This document shows positions 12,580 to 24,280 of a stretch of DNA of 64,000 bases, in pieces. The position numbers and the translations under genes were made by a program. This DNA comes from Chrysomallon squamiferum. Taxonomy: Eukaryota > Animalia > Mollusca. The notes below the pieces were generated by a model that searched no databases, was not told where the DNA came from, and saw only the letters and a list, made by a program, of their open reading frames with translations. Positions within the stretch are counted from its first letter, which is position 1. Each line of letters starts with the position of its first letter. The stretch is taken from the NCBI GenBank assembly GCA_012295275.1, contig CM022671.1:4588001-4652000 (forward strand). The letters are read 5' to 3'.

Positions 12580-13570
12580 TGCTGGCGTTGAACGTGAACC
12601 AACTATTTAGTTTCAACGGCCTAAGCCTTAGCTTGAATAAATGTATGCATAGTTATACAGTATTAGTTTAGGCATTAATTTTGAATATTACGGAATTTTA
12701 CCACAACTTTTTTTCGTTGCTGTAGTAGTGAGAATAATGCTCGTGTCAGTTATTACTTTTAAACGAAAATACCAAAATATTTTCCTAAGAAATCGTACTT
12801 TAAATAATGCCGAATACAGTGTAAACAATTTGTCGTTCTTTTCAAGTCGAAGAGTGATGTGTCACCGATGCAAGGGAAATAACTCTGATTAAACACCTTT
12901 CGTTTACCCGTATAAAATCTATTAATTTTACAAATTCTGTTCTTCATTGGTAGGGTTATCGCCTTTTAACACGTATACAGGATTAATATAAAGCTTAAAT
13001 GCATAAGTTTAGTAGCAGCCAGTTTCAAGCAAAGTTTTAGCTAGTAGAATAAAGTTTTTCATTTCATGGAGAGATACTTAAACTATGCCTTTCTTTTAAA
13101 CTGATATAATGGTAAAAATAACGAGAAGAAAAATCAAATAAAAATTCGGATAATGATGAACGAAAGAAAGAGAACGAAGGAAAGAAAAATAGAAAGAAAA
13201 AAGATAAAGCCGAACAATAAACGTGATTGACTTCTTGTAACGAGTAATATTACAACGCACGAGGAAATGGCTAAACAAACTTCCATTTATTCTTAGCAAC
13301 AGCGGTATTGTGCACTCTTATGTTATGCTTATGTTCAAGCACCGCACCACATACCCTAAACCTGAACTTTGATTACCACCCGTACATAATAACATAATCG
13401 TCATAATCCGTATACCTACTTACCTACCTGATGATGCATACCTGCCCAGGTGTATAATTAATACCTGCGTTACCTTTACCTAACCGCGGCACTCGACAGG
13501 TAAGCTTCTTTTCTGTTGCTATGTAATTGGTTGTGGCATATTCCTTGGAGCAAAAAACAGCGCCAGCAGA
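12580..13570. promoter_or_regulatory. Putative bidirectional promoter between the JmjC-TPR gene (-) and the ninjurin-like gene (+)
   Basis: Head-to-head gene geometry and onset of frequent CpG. Minus-strand donor-like CAG|gtaggtaagt near 13428 and plus-strand CAG|gtaagc at 13500. Confidence 0.5.
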
Positions 13571-13683
13571 TGAGAGGAGAAAAATCTTTGGAAATGGACG
13601 ATTCCACAGCAGAATCGCTGCCTCCTCAGGAGAAACCAAAACGAAGTCGTCGTCGTGTGACGCCAGAGTCAGCAGAAAGACAG
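13570..13683 (+). CDS. Ninjurin-like gene, first coding exon (MRGEKSLEMDDSTAESLPPQEKPKRSRRRVTPESAERQ); start may instead be ATG 13594
   Basis: Open frame ending in CAG|gtaggt at 13684, phase 0, in frame with the exon at 14487. Confidence 0.7.
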
Positions 13684-13856
13684 GTAGGTGTTGCTGACGT
13701 CGTGTTTTACATGTATTTATTTTTATTTTTTTCGTAAAAAAAAAAGAAGGGAGTAAGTTTGTTTGTTGCTGATAAAAGTTAATGAAAAAGCTAAGAATTA
13801 AAAACTGTTCTTTATTTGCATGTTCAGTACGTTTCAATGTACACGGTTTATTAAAA

Positions 13857-14135
13857 AGAAAGGAAAGAAATGTTTATTTTAATTAAACGACGAATTCAGA
13901 ACATTTTATTTACGGTTATTTGGTGTCAGACAAGGTTAAGGATCACTTACATAATAAGAGAAGAAACCCGTTGCCATTACTTCATAGTCTACTCTTTCCT
14001 GTTAGCAAGAAGGGATCTTGTATATGTACCATCCCAGAGACAGGACAGTATATGGCTTTTGTTACACCAGTTTTTGAGCACTGGTTGTAACGGGATATAG
14101 CTCAGTGGAGACTCTAGACAGATTTGATCTTGGTA
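13857..14135 (-). mobile_element. Degenerate tRNA-derived SINE with Nin/Deu-like central domain, in the ninjurin-like gene intron
   Basis: Plus strand reads ...ttatttacggttatttggtgtcagac...gaaacccgttgcca...actctttcctgttagcaagaagggatcttgtatatgtaccatcccagagacaggacagta...gttacaccag...gagcactggttgtaacg. I recognise this from memory as the antisense of the gastropod Nin-domain SINE consensus (ATCCTGTCTGTGGGATGGTGCATATAAAAGATCCCTTGCT), with a TTCC-type tail at the 13857 end. Confidence 0.7.
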
Positions 14136-14486
14136 CCATTCATACATCACCCCAAATAACAATCAATGATTGAAAGAAGAATGAATGAAACTGAAAAAAA
14201 AAATGGTTACAAATTTCTGAATTAACGAATAATATCTATTACAAAAACATTCACCATTTTTTAAAATATTAATCGTTATCGTGGTTCGATAAGACTGAAA
14301 AAAAGAGAGAGAACGCAGCAAAAGCTATCAGTTATTCCCTTCTTTTGACGGAAACCTTTCCACAGAATTGTTAACAAAGTTAAGAAACTACCCAATTAAT
14401 TTCAATGCTAATTATTATTCTTCAAATTTTTAGTTTTTAATTTTTTTATATTTTAATTTTTTTAAATTTTTACTTCATTATTTCAG

Positions 14487-15020
14487 TCGTCTGCGGACGC
14501 CAGAGAAAGTGTGACGCCGAAAACTCCCGACAAACCATCGACTCCGGCGAACATCCTTTTAGAAGAGCAGACGAGAGATGGCGCCATTTCTAAGCTCAGC
14601 CAGAAACCCAGCGAGGGCGGAGCCGTCGTCAAGATCGCCGTCAAGGACGACGTGGAATTCCAGGTGGTATCAGGACACCTGCCCGTCGCCTTCTCCACCC
14701 AGCAGACCGTCACGCTCGGAGGGCTGACCTTCGCCCTGTTCACGAAATCCCTGCAGACGCTGATTACACTTCGGGACGTCCCGCAAAGCAACCAGAACGA
14801 AATATATTACTCGCTCGTGGTGTTGTTGTACCTGGCGATGCTGCTGAACATTCTCCACGCCATCGTGCTGGTATGGCTGGGGATCGTGAAGAAGGACGGG
14901 ACGCAGGAGCAACAGGAGAGGGCGCAGTCGTTGATTCACATGTCGTCGTTCGTGACTCTCATTATGATCCTTCTAGAAATCTGTACCGCCATTTTACATG
15001 TCCACGTAATTGCTAGTTAA
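14487..15020 (+). CDS. Divergent ninjurin-like membrane protein, last coding exon (protein about 207-215 aa)
   Basis: tttcag acceptor, GC-rich codons, TAA at 15018-15020. Amphipathic segment FSTQQTVTLGGLTFALFTKSLQTL, then two TM helices (IYYSLVVLLYLAMLLNILHAIVLVWL; SLIHMSSFVTLIMILLEICTAIL), in the spacing of NINJ1 YASKKSAAESMLDIALLMANASQL / FYVPLVVLISISLVLQIGVGVLLIFL / FLNNLATGLVFIIVVVNIFITAF. Confidence 0.8.
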   Translation, partial: SSADARESVTPKTPDKPSTPANILLEEQTRDGAISKLSQKPSEGGAVVKIAVKDDVEFQVVSGHLPVAFSTQQTVTLGGLTFALFTKSLQTLITLRDVPQSNQNEIYYSLVVLLYLAMLLNILHAIVLVWLGIVKKDGTQEQQERAQSLIHMSSFVTLIMILLEICTAILHVHVIAS

Positions 15021-16493
15021 CAACCTTCTCGCATTCAGTCGTTTGATTATCTTTTTTTTTTTTTTTTTTTTTTTCAAGAAGCTATTCGGCTAGACGATAA
15101 CCGAAGCTTGTGACGTCACAGGTAACACAATTAATGCGTTCTTGCCAATTTTTGGAAATGTTGTTTGTGATGTCACTAGGGAACAAAGACCTGAAAATCC
15201 ATCATTTGAAATCCCATGTGTATGACGTTTTTCGCGATATAAATAAAAAATAATCCTTGATAATTTGTTCTTTCTGACGTCATAAATAATGCTTTAACAA
15301 GACAACCTATCTTCTGAAATTTGTTTTGATGACGTCATTAGTATTACTATTTTTTGGACAAACTGTGATGATGTAATTCCTGATATCGCCTCTTCTGACA
15401 TCATAAGCAACACAATGAAATATAACATTATGCCTTTTCTGACGTAATTAATTGGCAACAATACAAAACAGAAATGTTGACTCTTTCGAAATCTCTTGTT
15501 CCCGATATTGTGAAGATCATAAACAATGTCTTTCGATGCCTCTCAGTTATTCTGATATTACAAAAATTAAGCTGATACGAAATGAAACGATGTAAATAAA
15601 TTCTTGTGTGTTTGTTTTTGTTATGGTTATCATATTACTTTTATGGGATTACTGTTAACACCTGCTCTATGATGAAGAAAAAATATACAGTAAACACAAT
15701 TAAATTTGTGGGCACTGGAAAAACCTTTGCTATAAATAGATCTCTAAACTCCATATTACTGTAGAGTTTTAAAATTTTCTTGAATGAACAATACTTAAGT
15801 TCATATTTAGGTAAATTTATTAATAAAGGACTAAATAAAATTTTAAAATTTAAATAAGTAATATAAATAATGTATGAATAAATAATGTATGAAATAAAAC
15901 TAAGAATTTAGAACAACGGAATAAATTATTTAGAAAGAAAAAATGAAATGAAATAAAATAAAATAAAATCAAATATAATACATGAATTAAAATAAAATAA
16001 AATAAAATAATATAAAATAATTAAAATAAAGTAAAATAATAAAAATAAAAATAAAGAGGTACTTCACCCATAATTCCTGACGTTAAAAACTTTAAGCCTT
16101 TAAATCAACTCCAGATTAGCTAAGCTTTTAACCACTTATAGTTCCTTTCAGTTATATAAACACATAACAGGATAATCCGTTTAACTAATTTGGATTAATG
16201 TCAGTTAATCAGCGTAACCATTCTATAATCGTTTAAGTACAATAAAGAAGAGTAAGTAACGAATTAATAAGCAATAATTTAAGTTTTACATTTATGTTTG
16301 CATGTTTTTGTATAACTATGTATGTGTGTATGTAGTTTTAGGATTTTGAAAATTCTCTGTTTTATGTACGTCTGATTAGACTCTGCACACAGACAATATT
16401 CGGGAACGCACTGGCGCAGGAGGACAAAGTCCAATCACGACATCACAAACTCTGTCATCTATGTATGTTTGTATGCATGCATGTGTGTGTATG

Positions 16494-16525
<32 letters not shown>

Positions 16526-17522
16526 TGTATGTATATGAAAGTATGTGTGTATACATATATATATATATATACATATATGTATGTATGTATGTAGGTAGGT
16601 ATGTACATGGTTGTATGTGGTTGTATATATGAATGTATTTATGTGTATATCCGTATGTCTTCTGCTATACATACGCACAAAAACACTTATATACATACAT
16701 ACATACTTACCTGTACATATATACATATTAGCTATTACACACACAGTGCATTTTATATACACGTTCCCAGAAACTGCAAATAATAGCGTATTAGCTGTCT
16801 CTGAAATATCCAGTCACCTCTGGGTCGTGAAGAACTTTTACCAAGGAGACATTTAGCCCGCACGCGCACACACACAGAGACATGCTCGCACGCGCAGGCA
16901 CATGCATACAAGTGATATTTCTACGTATTAAATCATTTAAAAAAAAAAAAAACTCCTTCAGAGTCTGATAATGCTTGAGTTATAAAAATATTTTATTGCT
17001 ACGTTTCTTTGAAAAAATATGTTATAACAATGATTTATCTAAATATGTGTATGATGCATGTGTGTGCGTGTTTGCGTGTGAAAATATGAAATATGAATGA
17101 AATGCAATAGAAGGCCAAAGATAATACAAATTCATAGTTCTGTATATATAAAATGTTATATCTTTAAAAAAAATATATATCTATTTTTTTTTATTTCTTT
17201 CTTTTATTTCTTTTATTTTTCTATCTTTCTTTTTCTTTATTTCTTTTTTATTTCTTTATTTTTTCTTTATTTCTTCATTTCTTTTTTCTTTCTTTTTTTC
17301 TTTTTTTCTTTCTTTTTTATTCTTCTTATTACATTTTAAATTATTATTATATTTATTTATTTATTTATTATTATTATTATTTATATTTTTGGTTTTAAAA
17401 CGTCAGTATCTTGAATTCTTTCTTCTCTTTCGAATTTTTTCAAAAAAAAATAAAAAAAAAAATAAATAAATAAAGAAAGGAAAAATATCTCCATGGTTTC
17501 CAATGTAGTTGTAGTTGTAGTT

Positions 17523-18056
17523 TTAATCGTTGGTACTGTTGACGGCTTGGTGTTGCATGCTGTCGACGTAGATGATCAACAGCAAAACGAGACTGTAAAC
17601 AATAATGTACGGCAGGAACCCGTGCGATATTACCGCCATGATGCCGGTGTACACCACCCAAAACAACAGCATCCACATCCTCCTCGGGGTCAGCTCCTGT
17701 CTGTGTATGACATCAGTGTCATTGACGTTGTCGTGGAACTGAACCTCCTCGGCATCTTCGGTGCTGTCGTCGTCGGTATCGTACATTTCCGACTCGCTGA
17801 AGTCCGGCGCGAGATCTCGCCGATTCTCGTTCCTGTCCGAGAAGGTAGTGTAGTAATATTGCTCCACGGAAAACGGAGCACCGCAGCGGGGTTCCGGGTG
17901 GACTGATCTTTCCTCGGGGTGGACGCATCTCTCATCGGAGTATATGTCTGGGTACAGGCCGCTGTTCCAGTAGTTGATAGGAGTTATGCTCCTAAACTTG
18001 GAACCTTCTGTCTGCGTCGAAACTGATCGACATGAAAAAGGAGACGACCTGAACAG
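17523..18056 (-). CDS. Membrane-anchored RING E3 ligase, exon 3 (LFRSSPFSCRSVSTQTE...acidic tract...two TM helices...STND*)
   Basis: cccacag acceptor, phase 0, 534-nt open frame continuous with ORF 17523..17867. TM hairpin MWMLLFWVVYTGIMAVISHGFLPYIIVYSLVLLLIIYV. Confidence 0.88.
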   Translation of the reverse strand: MFRSSPFSCRSVSTQTEGSKFRSITPINYWNSGLYPDIYSDERCVHPEERSVHPEPRCGAPFSVEQYYYTTFSDRNENRRDLAPDFSESEMYDTDDDSTEDAEEVQFHDNVNDTDVIHRQELTPRRMWMLLFWVVYTGIMAVISHGFLPYIIVYSLVLLLIIYVDSMQHQAVNSTND

Positions 18057-18092
18057 CTGTGGGTATAAATAAATAAATTAATAAATTAAATA

Positions 18093-18148
<56 letters not shown>

Positions 18149-18332
18149 AGAAATACATATGCTTATTTATAACAAAGAATAATCTCACTAGGGGGAAACA
18201 AATTCAAAAAAAAAAGTGAATACAGATTGTATCAAAATAAAATAACAAACTAAAAGTAATAAAAAAAAAAAATAAATAAATAAATAAATAAAATAAAAAT
18301 AATAATAATAATAATAAAAAAAAAATAAATAA

Positions 18333-18411
<79 letters not shown>

Positions 18412-18571
18412 AAAAAAATAAAAAAAAAAAATATAAATAAATAAATAAATATTTTAAAAGAAATGAAATAAATAACAACAAAAAAAAACAACAACTGAAA
18501 AACAGCGAAGAAATGACAGTGGTATTAGAAATAACAAGCTAGATATTTTTTATGACACAAACATCAGTTAC

Positions 18572-18755
18572 CTTTCGTCTTTCGATCAGCAGAAACTGCA
18601 CCAGATCTCTGAGGATGTAGCACACGTTGAGGTCTGGACCGATGTACAGACGGACAGGGATGGCATGACGGCACGTGGGACACCACATACGTAATCGATT
18701 GAGTGGAATCTCGGGTCGCTGGACTCTCGTGTTTTGAGCCATCTTCATCAAACAG
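18572..18755 (-). CDS. RING ligase exon 2 (CLMKMAQ...MWCPTCRHAIPVRLYIGPDLNVCYILRDLVQFLLIERRK)
   Basis: ctgtcag acceptor and AAG|gtaact donor, 184 nt, phase 2/0. Second half of the RING (C...CPxCR) plus a post-RING helix. Confidence 0.9.
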
Positions 18756-18784
18756 CTGACAGACGTAATTATAGTCATATCAAT

Positions 18785-18878
18785 AAATACACACAACACA
18801 CATACACACACAACACATACATACACACACACACATACATACATACACACATACATACATACATAGATACACACACAC

Positions 18879-18913
<35 letters not shown>

Positions 18914-19095
18914 TATACATACATACATACATACATAAATACACACACACATATATACATACATAGATACACACACATACATATATACACACATACATAC
19001 ATACATACATACATATATACATACATACATACATAGATACATACATACATATATATACATACATAGATACACACTTACATACATAGATAAATATA

Positions 19096-19129
<34 letters not shown>

Positions 19130-19432
19130 CATACATACATAGATACACACACATACATACACACACATACATACATACATACATACATACATACATACAT
19201 ACATACATACATACATAGATACACACATACATACATACATACATACACACATACATACATACATACATATATACATAGATGCACACACATACATACATAT
19301 ACACATACATACATACATACACAGACACACACATAGATACACACATACATACACATATATATACAAACATACATACATACATACATACATACATACACAC
19401 AACACATACATACATACATACATACATAGACA
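18785..19432. repeat. Compound (TACA)n/(CA)n microsatellite in RING intron 1
   Basis: Direct inspection. Confidence 0.95.
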
Positions 19433-19617
19433 AACCTGTGCACACTTTATTAATATCGTTACGTTTAACTGTGTTTAAGTAATTGCGTTTTTGTACAACT
19501 GTGTATTTAAGTTTGGTCTGTGTTTGTGTATGTTTTTATCCGTTTCTGAATCATAATAGTAACGACAAAAAAAAACAACCTGATCCATTATATTCCTAAA
19601 ATGAAAACAACAGTTAC

Positions 19618-19757
19618 CTTTTGCAGAACGTATGGCCACAAAATAAATTGACTGGTTCACAGAAATAACAGAAACAAATAGGACATTTTAGAAGATCCAT
19701 CCAGTTGCTGTTGAAATAACTGCTCTCCTTAAATAATTTTTTATCTGGAGAAGCCAT
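19618..19757 (-). CDS. RING ligase exon 1 (MASPDKKLFKESSYFNSNWMDLLKCPICFCYFCEPVNLFCGHTFCK)
   Basis: aaaATGg start and AG|gtaact donor (phase 2). CPIC...P..L.CGHTFC..C C3HC4 motif completed across the junction. Missed by the ORF track. Confidence 0.92.
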
Positions 19758-19849
19758 TTTTCTTGTCTTTCGTTACTTCTTGTTGTTTTGGGGTTGTTTT
19801 CTTTTTTTTTCTTTTTTTCTTTTTCTTATAAGTCTTTTTTCAGCAGATT

Positions 19850-19900
19850 CCAAGTGACGTCAAATGCCGTAAATGACGTAATAACATTATGATGTAATGA
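19850..19900. promoter_or_regulatory. bZIP site cluster about 100-140 bp upstream of the RING ATG
   Basis: TGACGTCA (19855), TGACGTAA (19874) and TGATGTAAT (about 19890) in close succession. Confidence 0.4.
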
Positions 19901-20755
19901 AACATGTTATGCTATGACAAACCGCGGTAGGTCAAACATATTTATTTATTTATTTATTTTTTTATTATATTTTCTTTGTTTCTTTCAGTTTTTTTGTTTG
20001 TTTGTTTTGTTTTTTGTTTTATGTTTTTTTTTTAAACTTCTGTCGACAAAAGAAATGAAACAGGGTTGTATAAATAACAATTTTAATCAAGAAATACAAT
20101 GAAATTGCACATTATCATTTGTAATATGTGTTCTTATAAAATATTCAGGCGTTTAATCGCTGCATTTAATAAACTAAAAAAAAAATAAAAAAAATAAAAA
20201 AAAATTCTGACCAGAAATCTTTGTTCCTGCGACTTTCTGAAGAAGAAAGGCGAGTTATTGCGAGATATTACGAAATATTACGAGATATTACGAGATCAAC
20301 TCGGTGTCATTAGAAAACAGTACCCGCGAGATTTGCGAGAACGTCACGAGATATTATGAGCCTCTCGAGAGAAAACAAAGGAATTGCGAGATTATCGTGT
20401 GAAAACGCGAGCTTTTGCGATATTGCGATTAGAAAAAGCGAGCATTCGATAGATTAAGGAAAAACACATTTGTTTTTGTTTTAAAAAAAAAAAAATTATT
20501 ATTATTTATTTTAATGAAAACAAAATTGTTATTCGAATCTGAATTAAAATCATAAATGCAATGCAAATAGTAATAATAAGAATAAGAAGAAGAAGAAGAA
20601 GAAGCTGATAAATTTTATAGACAATTTGAAAATCTTTTAGCAAAAAAAAAAAAAAAAGGCTATGTTGCAAAATAACCTACAAAGACTAGGTAAGAAATGC
20701 TGGGTCAAAAAGTCACAAAAAACTGGATTCTTCGAGTCTTACATTCTTTCTGTAA

Positions 20756-20850
<95 letters not shown>

Positions 20851-21880
20851 TATGTATGTATCAAAATAAACTGATTATAATGTTTAATAGTTACAAATGT
20901 AACATCAATAATTATAAATTCTTCTATTTTCTTATGTATTTAATTTTATTTATTTACATATTTACTTAGTTACTTAATTACTTTATTCTTTTTTTCATAT
21001 TTCATTTATTTTTATTGGAGTGCTAACATTTCATACTTATGCTGACACACAAAGAAAAATAAAATAAAATAAATAAAATGAAAATAAAATAAAATAAAAT
21101 AAAATAAAATAAAATAAAATAAAAAAAAATAAAATAAAATAAAATAAAAAATAAAATAAAATAAAATAAATAAAAAGAAAGGAATTTTCAAAAAAAACAA
21201 CAACAAAAAAGGGGGATTGAGAGAGAGAGAGAGAAAATTATGAATGTGAGATTATGTCTGTCAACAGCAAGATTTTCACATTTTTGCCTTTCTGCTTTTT
21301 TCCCGCGTTTCGTGTTTTCAAAGACGTCTGTAACAATGTCAAACAAATTGGCAAAACGCCAATTGTCATCCAAAAAAAAGGACTGGAGTTATTACGTCCC
21401 TTGCCACTCGACAATGGACGAAATGAAAAGGTCAATTGACTTGTCAATTTCGTTGATGAGGCAACACGAAAACTTCTCTAATGAAGATTCTTTCACGCCA
21501 TCTATCGGCGTTTCACAATGCGCGATTTTTAAACGTTTCCATTTGTTGCGGAGATTTTTGGAAATTTTAAGCCTCTGAGAACGAGGGGACTGATGAATGA
21601 TAAAAATTCCTTTGTCTGGTGGTTTCTGAATTGCAAATTTGCTCGCGATACTTAAAAATGCAAATTGCGTGTTGCCTTTGTCTTCGCTTGCAGTCAGTTC
21701 GTGGTTTAATTATTGAGAAAACAACCGTGATGAAGTATTATTGAATCTCGTATTTTATTTCATGCCAGAAAGTTGTCGGAGTTGCAATAATTTAGATTTT
21801 AAAGGATTTGGGGAGTTTCGTTTGATGATGGTTATTATTAGTAATGATGATGAATTCACGAGAAGAAGAAGAATAACAAC

Positions 21881-21911
<31 letters not shown>

Positions 21912-22622
21912 ATAATAATAATAATAATAATAAAGTAATAGCAATAGTAATAATAATAATAATAATAACAACAAAAACAACAACAACACTAATAAAATGG
22001 TAACGGTAATGATAATAATAACAACAACAACAACAACAATACTCAGTCAGTGTATCAATGTGGTCTTGTTTCTTTATTTTACCAGCAATAGTTACCGCAA
22101 TATTTGTATCATGAAGAACAACAACAACGACAAAGACAACAATAGTATTAACACGAAGAAAAAAAAAAGAATTAAGAACATCAAATTAATTTATGATAAG
22201 CAATATAAAAAAAAAAAAAAAAAAGAAAAAAATAAATAGTATCTTTTTCTTTATTTTGTAAAATACTTAAACTTAATTATTATTACAATTATTCGTTTAT
22301 TTTATTCAGTCAAATACAAATCTGAAATGAATCATTGAATGTTAAAGCACGTTTTCCCTGGACACATCACGAATTAGCCTGCGCCGTATGACCATAATAA
22401 TGTTTGTCTGTTAGTATGTTAGAAAACTGAATTTAAAAAAAATATATTAAAATAATAATAATAAATAAATAAAAAAAAAATAAAAATAAATAAATAAAAA
22501 ATAAATAAATAAATAAATAAAAAAAATATAAAAAAACAAAAAAAAAATAAATAAATAAATATATAAAATAAAAAATAAAAATAATAAAGTAAGCAATAGT
22601 CTTACACATCGCCTATGAACTC

Positions 22623-22672
<50 letters not shown>

Positions 22673-23482
22673 GACCTGAACTCACAACCTGTCATTCTCA
22701 AACCAGACCACTTAACCAGCGTACACTTACGATAACTTGTCTTACGAACAAAAAAACACCTCTCGTATTTTTTTAAAAGAAACGAAACTTTTCGGCGAAG
22801 TTCTCTTCTCCGCGGTCGAAGAAGCAGCGAGGATCGATGAACACTAATTAAAAGCGATGTTATGTGTGTACGAACGCCAGTCGAAATACCGGCCTCGTTC
22901 GCTCTGGTGTTCATAATTAATCTGGCAGTCATGGCGGACTTGTCAAGTGTAAAATGAAATAGTCGAGTTTAGGAAGCCGCCATGAAAGCGATGCCACTGT
23001 TATAAGATTGATTAGTCAGCAATCACACGCGGTCGTTTCCGTCAATATTGTGATAACAGCCCAGTTATGTCAACTCTGACGTGACGTCGTAAACGAAAGG
23101 CGGCGGTCATATTTTAATATAAGAATTATCAATTGTCTCCCTTGACTGACGAAGCGAACGTAAAAGGGGGTAACGAACCAGCGACGCTAGAAGTTCTTCT
23201 CGCGTAGTTTAGACCGGGAAATAACAAATCATTTCGAAATTGCTTTCTTTGCCATTAATATCGACAACTGTTTGAGTTTTTTTTTTTTTTTTTTCTTTCC
23301 TGAAACATTATTTATTCTGTCTGGTGTTCGTTTATCAAGAAAATGTCTTGTGTGTTCCACGACTGGAAAATTCTTGAACTTAAGACTTTGGACTTTTCTA
23401 TCTGTTTTCTATTCCTTTGTTGTAATACTGTTAGGTGAAGATGTTTAAAGCTGATAGGTCTTAGATAACAATATTTTAAATT

Positions 23483-23718
<236 letters not shown>

Positions 23719-23904
23719 TATGAACAAACACACATTTTCAATATTTTCTTCTTCTTACTATAATGATTACAACTACTAAACTATTACTAGTAGTACTATT
23801 AGTGCCACTGCTACAACTAGTGCTGTTGTTGCTAATACAACAACTGCTACTACCAATACCATCACTTTATGAACAATTTTGTTCATAAAATTATACACAT
23901 ATAC

Positions 23905-23945
<41 letters not shown>

Positions 23946-24242
23946 AACACGTATATGAACGTATGTGTTAAAATACATGCGCTTATATTTCTTCATACAT
24001 TGACATACTTTGTTTGTAATTTATACCAATACAGACAATTAAGATTTAATAAATTCTGTTTACAAATTTTCATGTCATCATCTCAACAGGAGGCTGTTTT
24101 ATCATACTGCTCACAGCAACATTTTTTTTTCAGTTTTTTGTTTACACAATATTTGTTTAACTAACCACATAATAATAAAATTAGTTTATTAGCGAAGATG
24201 ACAGAAATAACTATCAACAGGCGGTCTATTCCTACTTTTTTA

Positions 24243-24280
<38 letters not shown>

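Noticed and set aside
14483-14939. Antisense ORFs over the ninjurin-like exon
   Set aside because: Shadow frames caused by GC-rich codon usage.
17493-17935. Alternative-frame and antisense ORFs over RING exon 3
   Set aside because: Shadow frames. Only the 17523 frame joins the RING exons.
19436-19595. Exon-like segment (ttttag ... cag|gtttgt) in RING intron 1
   Set aside because: The acceptor is only about 22 nt from the upstream donor, and inclusion would split the RING motif.
21240-21578. 112-aa plus-strand ORF
   Set aside because: No recognisable domain, codon bias or splice partners. Looks like a non-coding island.
22665-22725. tRNA-like A/B-box traces on the minus strand followed by a long T run
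   Set aside because: No cloverleaf and a degenerate B-box. Cannot support a tRNA call.
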